From the IMG/VR virus record IMGVR_UViG_2802429221_000008, positions 1-4,689 of that record: a stretch of DNA of 4,689 bases. One strand, 5' to 3'. The stretch is from a virus. Its lineage: Duplodnaviria; Heunggongvirae; Uroviricota; Caudoviricetes. The notes below the pieces were generated by a model. The model saw nothing but the letters and a program-made list of their open reading frames with translations. It made no database searches and was not told the DNA's origin. Position 1 is the first letter of the stretch, and the number at the start of each line of letters is the position of its first letter. Both the position numbers and the translations under genes were made by a program. Shown here piece after piece: positions 1 to 4,689 of this stretch.

Positions 1-81
1 CGCGTAATGTTAACTGGGGCTTTTCTCTATCTGCCTTTTGGTGTTCATGCCTGAGACAGATAGCCTCAAGCACCCGCAGCA

Positions 82-109
82 ATTCTACAAAAAATCATCT
101 CTATTTCAA
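82..109 (-). promoter_or_regulatory. Candidate sigma70 late promoter (pR'-like) immediately downstream of Q
   Basis: On the minus strand: -35 TTGAAA (complement of 104-109), 16-bp spacer, -10 TAGAAT (complement of 82-87). Begins 3 nt after the Q stop codon. The predicted transcript would run toward coordinate 1 and off the window. Confidence 0.35.
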
Positions 110-111
110 TT

Positions 112-522
112 TTACTGTATTTCTGCAACCGGCCTTCCGGATGAGCCGCGCCCAACATATCTGTCCATTTCCAGTCTGATATCAAGCATCATCAACATCC
201 CAGCAACTATCCCCTCAGCCTTTTGCAACAAACGGCCAACCCAGCAATCGGAACGTCCATGTTTCCTTGCCAGTGCCATGAACGTCATTCCGAACACATA
301 GTAATCAACCAGTAAGTCATGTAAATCTTTGTTGTTCTTATTCAGCCGGGCCATGCATCCGCAAATGACCATCGCGTCATCGTCACAACATTGCGGACGT
401 GACTTAACCTTTGACGGAATCAATCCTTTGAATCCCGCAGCAATCGGTGACCAGGTAACATCCTCGTGGTTATTTGCCACCCATGCCCCCCAACGCTCAA
501 GAACCATCTGAATATCACGCAT
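112..522 (-). CDS. Q: Phage late-gene antitermination protein Q family (phage 82 / QuuD-like)
   Basis: 136-aa ORF. N-terminus '[22 protein letters not shown]' and Cys cluster '[18 protein letters not shown]' match my recollection of the 82/QuuD-type Q antiterminators (recalled, not searched). Strong AGGAGG Shine-Dalgarno upstream. Last gene of the operon and followed immediately by a promoter-like element, as expected for Q and pR'. Confidence 0.65.
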   Translation of the reverse strand: MRDIQMVLERWGAWVANNHEDVTWSPIAAGFKGLIPSKVKSRPQCCDDDAMVICGCMARLNKNNKDLHDLLVDYYVFGMTFMALARKHGRSDCWVGRLLQKAEGIVAGMLMMLDIRLEMDRYVGRGSSGRPVAEIQ

Positions 523-779
523 CAGCGCAGTACCTCCTGCACCAGCTTTTCAAACTTTCCAACTTTGGTTTCCAGCTCTGCCACACAATCCACCAGCTCA
601 TCCACTGCTTTTTGTGCGCGGTGTTTCGCCTGCATCAGTTCCCTGAGCGCCGGCACCATATCCCGACGAATGGCATCTTTTGTTACACCTGTTTTTTCCA
701 GTTGTTCCGCCTGTCGCAACATTTCCTGTGCCTGTTTACGTAGTTGTTCAGGGGTAAAAGTCATTGTCTGGTTGTTCAA
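522..779 (-). CDS. Small hypothetical protein, 85 aa, predicted helical/coiled-coil, charged; translationally coupled to Q
   Basis: ORF begins at TTG (779) with a GGAG Shine-Dalgarno (complement of 788-791) 8 nt upstream; the first in-frame ATG is at 764 (80-aa version) but has no Shine-Dalgarno. Stop TGA overlaps the Q start (TGATG at 520-524). An AGGAGG motif near its 3' end serves as the Q ribosome-binding site. Confidence 0.6.
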   Translation of the reverse strand: MNNQTMTFTPEQLRKQAQEMLRQAEQLEKTGVTKDAIRRDMVPALRELMQAKHRAQKAVDELVDCVAELETKVGKFEKLVQEVLR

Positions 780-904
780 AAGAAACGCTCCATCTTACTG
801 CTGTCAGTTCGTTTGTTGCTGTATCTGCGCGGCTGAGGCTGCTGCATTGGAAGAGTCCTGTGCGCTCCCCTGAAAGTTGAAATGTTTTAGCGATGCCTCA
901 AGTC

Positions 905-1765
905 TCATTGTTCGCACTCTCCAACCAGATTAAGAATGACTGCCGCCCCGTTGTCTTCCATGTATTCGTCCTTTCCGCTTGCCAGAAACCAGCGGCACAC
1001 CTCCACAGCTTCAGCGCGTGTCACCGGTTTGATGGTTGCCAGTAATTTTTCCAGGTATCGCTCACGGTCGTATACAGACTCATGGTGTTCGTAATAACCA
1101 AAGTCGTAGCCGAGTTCCTGGCCAGCAGTACGGCGAACGTTGTAAAGCCAGTCCCAGTAAACAAATTCACGAACAACATCTGACAGTGTATGAGGCTCTG
1201 GCAGAACGTCACGATAGCCATCAACATATGCGCGACGCTGATCATCAATTTCATTTATACGACTGCCGTTAATGCTTCCGTCTCTCTTTTCGTCTGCGGT
1301 CCAGCCCCACTGGTAATCATCAGTAAATTTTTGGGAAGACCTGATCACTCGCTCGGCCTCTACGTCCTCCATCGCAGCCTCATAGCTGCCGAACGTAGCG
1401 CGAACATCAGCAGCTTTCTTGATGTTCTTACGCGCATTTTCAATGGCTCTCGCTGGATTATCCATACCGATAGTACCGAAAGCTGCCTGGAAAGGATCAC
1501 AGCCATTCGCCAGCAGATAACGGGAATACCGCTCCTCGGCCTCTTTTGGAGAGATTTTAATTTTCTCCAGCGCTGCTTCTGCAGCGTCCAGATGTGCCGG
1601 TTCGTTCAGGCGGATGACCTCCAGTACCCACAGATAGGCATCGGTCTGTTTATGCCCGGTGATTCTCTGTTGCTCAGGCAGAGGCTTGATGTTTGCCAGG
1701 GCGGAGCTATGCGCTGCCGTCGGGATGGTGAATAGTGCTTTATGTTCGTTGTTATCTGTACGCAT
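905..1765 (-). CDS. Hypothetical protein, 286 aa, function unknown; acidic and aromatic-rich (W/Y/D/E) C-terminal half
   Basis: Long ORF whose ATG overlaps the primase stop (TAATG at 1763-1767), indicating co-translation with the replication genes. No catalytic motif recognised by eye. Position corresponds to the variable nin-like region between replication genes and Q. Confidence 0.7.
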   Translation of the reverse strand: MRTDNNEHKALFTIPTAAHSSALANIKPLPEQQRITGHKQTDAYLWVLEVIRLNEPAHLDAAEAALEKIKISPKEAEERYSRYLLANGCDPFQAAFGTIGMDNPARAIENARKNIKKAADVRATFGSYEAAMEDVEAERVIRSSQKFTDDYQWGWTADEKRDGSINGSRINEIDDQRRAYVDGYRDVLPEPHTLSDVVREFVYWDWLYNVRRTAGQELGYDFGYYEHHESVYDRERYLEKLLATIKPVTRAEAVEVCRWFLASGKDEYMEDNGAAVILNLVGECEQ

Positions 1766-2742
1766 TACGCAGCCGCCTTTTTCTTGTAGAAAACCAGCTC
1801 ACGAACCTGATCGCCGTTCATGAGCATGTTGTTAAAATCATCGTGATCGGGCCAGTACACGCTCACGCGCTGCAGGTCATTCTTTGCCAGCAGATTGGCA
1901 TGAGCGCATTCATAGGCCGCTGCCAATCCGGTGGCACTGTTTTCGTCACGGTCAGCAAAAATAATCAGGTGCTTAACGCCAGCCGGAGCACGAAATTTCT
2001 TCATGAAGTTAGCCGTCATAGTTGCCCAGGTGTTTACGTTGTAAATCTGGTGCGCTGACAGAGCCGTTTCGATGCCTTCGGCGATGCCAAGTGTGCTGGC
2101 TACCGGGAACATCCGGATCGCTACTGACCGGGCGTGATCAAGATAGTTATCTTCCTGCAGGGATTTTTGGCGCTTTGCACTGGCACCGATATCTGCTTTT
2201 TTGGGACCATCGAGTAATGTCTGGTGCAGATAGCACAGTTCCCCTTTATCATCGGTGGCGAGGGAATAAAGCGACTGATACACCCTCCCGGCATGGCGCT
2301 GCTTATCGTTGAAACGGATCGCTTCAAGCGGCAGACTGAAAATGCCGCGCGCATTGAGATACGCAGCACCAGAAGTGCCACGTAACGGCTGCAGCTTCGC
2401 GAACTTATTCAGAACCTTTGTACGCAGGCTGGTAGCGCTGCTGCTGACCGGGATTTTTACACGCTGAAAATCATTACCGATCAGGTGGTCTATTTCCCTA
2501 CAAACCTCATTGAATGGTTTTCCCTGTGTCAGGGTGACAAGCTTCATACCGTCACCGCTGCCGCAAGTACAAATCCACGTTCCACGCCCGTCACGGTCAT
2601 CAATTCGCAACTTTCCGCGCGCACCGCATACAGGGCATTCTCCTTTATAGTGATTTTTTCCAGTTATCGGTGGCAGGCCAAAATGCTCTAAAATTTCAGG
2701 CCAGCGGCCTTTCGCAGCATCTACTGTTTTCATAAAACTCAC
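1765..2742 (-). CDS. DNA primase with N-terminal primase-type zinc ribbon and Toprim catalytic domain
   Basis: 325-aa ORF. Zinc ribbon 'CPVCGARGKLRIDDRDGRGTWICTCG' (C36-C60, nt 2563-2637). Toprim-like acidic motifs 'IAEGIETALSA' (E222/E225) and 'LIIFADRDENSATG' (D264/D266), nt about 1939-2091. Start is GTG at 2742 overlapping the helicase stop (GTGA); the first ATG is 9 nt downstream at 2733, so the true start is ambiguous. Stop TAA overlaps the next ATG (TAATG). Confidence 0.8.
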   Translation of the reverse strand: MSFMKTVDAAKGRWPEILEHFGLPPITGKNHYKGECPVCGARGKLRIDDRDGRGTWICTCGSGDGMKLVTLTQGKPFNEVCREIDHLIGNDFQRVKIPVSSSATSLRTKVLNKFAKLQPLRGTSGAAYLNARGIFSLPLEAIRFNDKQRHAGRVYQSLYSLATDDKGELCYLHQTLLDGPKKADIGASAKRQKSLQEDNYLDHARSVAIRMFPVASTLGIAEGIETALSAHQIYNVNTWATMTANFMKKFRAPAGVKHLIIFADRDENSATGLAAAYECAHANLLAKNDLQRVSVYWPDHDDFNNMLMNGDQVRELVFYKKKAAA

Positions 2743-4391
2743 ACCACTACATTTTTCTGAAGTTGCTGTTTGGCGTTGATAATTGCCTTAGTCGGGCAGT
2801 TCTCAGGGAGCTCGTAAATTGCGGCACAACCTGGCGGCAATGCGCCTGCATGATGAGATTCTGTCTGTGGTTGAGGGGGGCGTTTTTGCCCCTTCGCAAA
2901 CCTGATGAGTTTGTATCTGATGTAGTTGCTTACCTCCGGGGTAATTTCCATCGGGAAATCACTCAGGTTATCCGGCCATTCGCCGAACTTCTCCCGGAAA
3001 GTGTGAGCGCACCAGCCATCACTAACGGGCTTTTTCCCCTGCGATACGCGCTGGCGCTGATAAAATTTGATCTGGCTCCACCAAGCCTGTTTCTCTGCCT
3101 TTGTCGATAGATGCTGATTTTTACCCAGCTTTTTAAGTTTGCGCCCGGTATCGGTATCGACATCCTCACCACCCAACGGCTTATGCCCGCATTTCGGGCA
3201 GACGTATACACCAGCGGGTTTCATGTAGTGGCATTGAGAACATTCATGGGGGAGTTTTTCGGCCCGCTCCTCAGCTGCACGGCGCGCACTTTCCTCCATG
3301 CCATCAGACTTACCGGGGAGATCGTCATACTCGATAGAATCCGGGTAACCGAGGCGGTGTACGGTGCCACTGTGATCGAATATGAGACAAGATTCTTTAC
3401 CCGGCGCTGTGCGCAGGCCGCGCCCAATCGCCTGCAGCCAGCGAATTTCACTTTTTGTTGGCCTGGCGTAGATGATGCAACGAACGTCACTATCGAAGCC
3501 AGCCACCAGAACGCCCACACTAACGATGATTTTCGTTGCACCAGTTTCAAAGCGGTGAATGATGGTCTGACGCTCATCCACTGGCGTGTTGGCGGTCATG
3601 ACCTCAGCGTTAATGCCAGCTTGGTTAAACTGGATTGTCAGAAAATTAGCATGGGCTACGTTGACGCAGAACGCGATTGTCGGCAGATCCCGGCCATTCT
3701 CCAGCCAGTTCTGTACGATGTCGCCCACCAGCGTAGAGCCGCACATGATTTCAGCCAGTTGAGCTTCGTTATAATCGTTGCCGTACTCAAGTGAAGACTT
3801 GGTTTTTACGCCTTTCAGATCCGGCTTTGTTGGCGCATAAAATTCGTATTTACTCAGATCGCCACGCTGGATTAACTCGCCGATGGTGGTCGGTTTAATC
3901 AGTCGGTCATAGTATTTGCCCAGGAACGGGGAAAACGGAGTACCCGACAGGCCAATCACCTTTACGCCTTTGCCGCGCAGACGTTCGATATCCTTCAGGA
4001 TGCGTTTTTTACGCAGGTGTGCTTCGTCGATAATCAGCAGATCAATATTTTCAGGAAAAACACGACGAATAAGCGTGTCGGCGCTGGCAATCTGAATTTT
4101 CCGGTCCGGATCGTAGTTCGGGTGATCCGCCCAGATATAACCGATTTCATCCTCCGGTAACCCGTACTCCACGAAGCGATTAGCCGTCTGACCAATCAGG
4201 ATAGTGTACGGTGCACAAAACAGAACGCGCATACCACGGCTGACGAACCCGGCAACGATGAAAGCGGCCAAACCGGTTTTACCGCTACCAGTTGGCGAAT
4301 ACACCATGAAGGTGTCATTTGCCTTCCAGTCACGACGCAACATGTTTAACGCTCGTTCCTGTGCAAAATTCGGCGTGATCGTCAGCTCCAT
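2739..4391 (-). CDS. Superfamily-2 DEAD/DEAH-box DNA helicase, phage replication type, with C-terminal CxxC...CxxC zinc ribbon and an uncharacterised ~150-aa tail
   Basis: 550-aa ORF. Walker A 'SPTGSGKT' (residues 32-39, nt 4275-4298), motif II 'LLIIDEAH' (DEAH at residues 122-125, nt 4017-4028), motif III-like 'LSGTP', motif VI-like 'QAIGRGLR' (320-327). Zinc ribbon 'CSQCHYMKPAGVYVCPKCGHK' (C384-C401, nt 3189-3242). GGAG Shine-Dalgarno 7 nt upstream of the ATG at 4391. Stop TGA overlaps the primase start. Confidence 0.85.
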   Translation of the reverse strand: MELTITPNFAQERALNMLRRDWKANDTFMVYSPTGSGKTGLAAFIVAGFVSRGMRVLFCAPYTILIGQTANRFVEYGLPEDEIGYIWADHPNYDPDRKIQIASADTLIRRVFPENIDLLIIDEAHLRKKRILKDIERLRGKGVKVIGLSGTPFSPFLGKYYDRLIKPTTIGELIQRGDLSKYEFYAPTKPDLKGVKTKSSLEYGNDYNEAQLAEIMCGSTLVGDIVQNWLENGRDLPTIAFCVNVAHANFLTIQFNQAGINAEVMTANTPVDERQTIIHRFETGATKIIVSVGVLVAGFDSDVRCIIYARPTKSEIRWLQAIGRGLRTAPGKESCLIFDHSGTVHRLGYPDSIEYDDLPGKSDGMEESARRAAEERAEKLPHECSQCHYMKPAGVYVCPKCGHKPLGGEDVDTDTGRKLKKLGKNQHLSTKAEKQAWWSQIKFYQRQRVSQGKKPVSDGWCAHTFREKFGEWPDNLSDFPMEITPEVSNYIRYKLIRFAKGQKRPPQPQTESHHAGALPPGCAAIYELPENCPTKAIINAKQQLQKNVVV

Positions 4392-4441
4392 TGTTTTGCT
4401 CCAGTGCTGATGAGATAATAATTTTGTGATGTGGTTTTCAT
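4382..4441 (-). CDS. Candidate 19-aa upstream ORF (MKTTSQNYYLISTGAKQWS) overlapping the helicase start
   Basis: ATG (complement of 4439-4441) lies 5 nt after a strong GAGGGGG Shine-Dalgarno (complement of 4447-4453). Its TGA stop (complement of 4382-4384) overlaps the helicase initiation region (ATG at 4389-4391) in another frame. Below the length cut-off of the supplied ORF track. Confidence 0.2.
   Translation of the reverse strand: MKTTSQNYYLISTGAKQWS
4391..4419 (+). promoter_or_regulatory. Weak candidate plus-strand promoter that could drive an antisense RNA ending at the 4560-4596 terminator
   Basis: TTGTTT (4391-4396), 17-bp spacer, GATAAT (4414-4419); the -10 matches TATAAT at 5 of 6 positions, the -35 only at TTG. 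Overlaps the helicase start codon on the other strand. Confidence 0.2.
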
Positions 4442-4457
4442 GGATTCCCCCTCACAT

Positions 4458-4491
4458 GGCTGGTGGCCTCCCCAAAGGCTGCCAGCCTCCC
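4458..4491. repeat. Tandem imperfect direct repeat GGCTGnnnGCCTCCC (two copies, 19-bp register); the second copy contains the perfect 11-bp palindrome GGCTGCCAGCC
   Basis: GGCTGGTGGCCTCCCC at 4458-4473 and GGCTGCCAGCCTCCC at 4477-4491. GGCTGCCAGCC (4477-4487) equals its own reverse complement about the central C. Located in the leader upstream of the helicase gene. Confidence 0.5.
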
Positions 4492-4518
4492 TTCTGATTC
4501 AGTTCCCCTGAAAAACAC

Positions 4519-4531
4519 TCTTCCAGGAAGA
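4519..4531. promoter_or_regulatory. Perfect 13-bp palindrome TCTTCCAGGAAGA (possible dimeric DNA-binding site)
   Basis: 6-bp arms TCTTCC / GGAAGA around a central A, in the leader region. An adjacent small hairpin TTCAG-TTCCC-CTGAA lies at 4498-4512. Confidence 0.3.
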
Positions 4532-4559
4532 ACCCTTTTTTCGTTTCTCAGCGCCTGAG

Positions 4560-4596
4560 CGCCTTGTACTATCTTGCTGATACAGGCGTTTTTTTT
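4560..4596 (+). terminator. Intrinsic-terminator-like hairpin plus T8 run on the strand opposite the genes
   Basis: Plus strand: CGCCT(T)GTA (4560-4568) pairs with TACAGGCG (4581-4588), giving an 8-bp stem with one bulged T and a 12-nt loop, followed directly by TTTTTTTT (4589-4596). On the minus strand the same hairpin is preceded, not followed, by the A-run, so it would only terminate plus-strand transcription. Confidence 0.4.
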
Positions 4597-4689
4597 AATT
4601 GCGCCCTTAAGACAGTGATCTACTTAACCAATGGATCTCTCCTGTTGGAAAAGTCCCTATTCCTACCCCTGCACCCAATCCCCCCCTTC

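Noticed and set aside
780-904. Promoter or intrinsic terminator in the only sizeable intergenic gap
   Set aside because: Only a 4-bp stem (ACTG/CAGT) and weak -35/-10 matches with poor spacing; nothing convincing enough to annotate.
1021-1254. 77-aa minus-strand ORF nested out of frame inside the 286-aa gene, and similar nested minus-strand ORFs at 2121-2381, 2963-3211 and 3221-3577
   Set aside because: Alternative-frame ORFs fully embedded in longer genes on the same strand; no independent start signals.
1768-1790. A-rich run (AAG AAA AAG) at the primase 3' end as a programmed -1 frameshift site
   Set aside because: The heptamer is G-AAA-AAG rather than A-AAA-AAG, it lies only 4 codons before the stop, and the -1 frame gives no meaningful extension.
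3111-3794. 227-aa plus-strand ORF, together with the other plus-strand ORFs at 38-301, 329-511, 466-873, 474-743, 1036-1272, 1190-1735, 1735-2058, 2022-2312, 2485-2691, 2763-3110 and 4204-4410
   Set aside because: All lie entirely antisense to minus-strand genes that carry clear helicase, primase or Q motifs. Their translations are low-complexity and Cys/Ser/Arg-rich, typical of shadow ORFs, and none has a convincing ribosome-binding site. Dual coding cannot be excluded from sequence alone.
4606-4650. nut-like boxA (minus-strand CTGTCTTAAG) next to an A-loop hairpin, as an N-utilisation site
   Set aside because: Only about 7 of 9 matches to the lambda boxA consensus, and the adjacent hairpin is the same structure already interpreted as a plus-strand terminator, with a stem and loop unlike a canonical boxB. 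No N-like gene is visible in the window.
4600-4689. Possible tRNA or attachment site at the window edge (prophages often integrate at tRNA genes)
   Set aside because: No T-loop (GGTTCGA-type) motif or cloverleaf-compatible pairing seen; the C-rich tract does not resemble a tRNA 3' end.
1-4689. CRISPR array, insertion sequence, integrase or recognisable defence enzymes (nuclease, reverse transcriptase, TIR, Sir2)
   Set aside because: No regularly spaced repeats, no terminal inverted repeats flanking a transposase-like ORF, and no such catalytic motifs in any of the five proteins.

Overview
The window looks like part of a lambdoid-type prophage from an enterobacterial host (about 50% GC), carrying the replication-to-antitermination segment of the early operon, all on the minus strand. 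Read in transcription order (high to low coordinates) it holds five co-directional genes: an SF2 DEAH-box helicase (2739-4391), a zinc-ribbon/Toprim primase (1765-2742), a 286-aa protein of unknown function (905-1765), an 85-aa small helical protein (522-779) and a Q-family late antiterminator (112-522). Four of the five junctions are overlapping stop/start codons, so this is one translationally coupled operon; the only gap is 125 bp at 780-904. A candidate sigma70 late promoter lies just downstream of Q (82-109). The roughly 300-bp leader upstream of the helicase (4392-4689) contains direct repeats, palindromes, a short upstream ORF and an intrinsic-terminator-like hairpin on the opposite strand. 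I found no rRNA, tRNA, CRISPR array, IS element or integrase. I see no recognisable hallmark of a known defence system; the best candidates for undescribed biology are the 286-aa and 85-aa proteins, sitting where lambdoid phages keep variable nin-region cargo, and the structured leader with a possible antisense RNA. All functional calls rest on motifs read by eye and recalled family knowledge; no database search was run.
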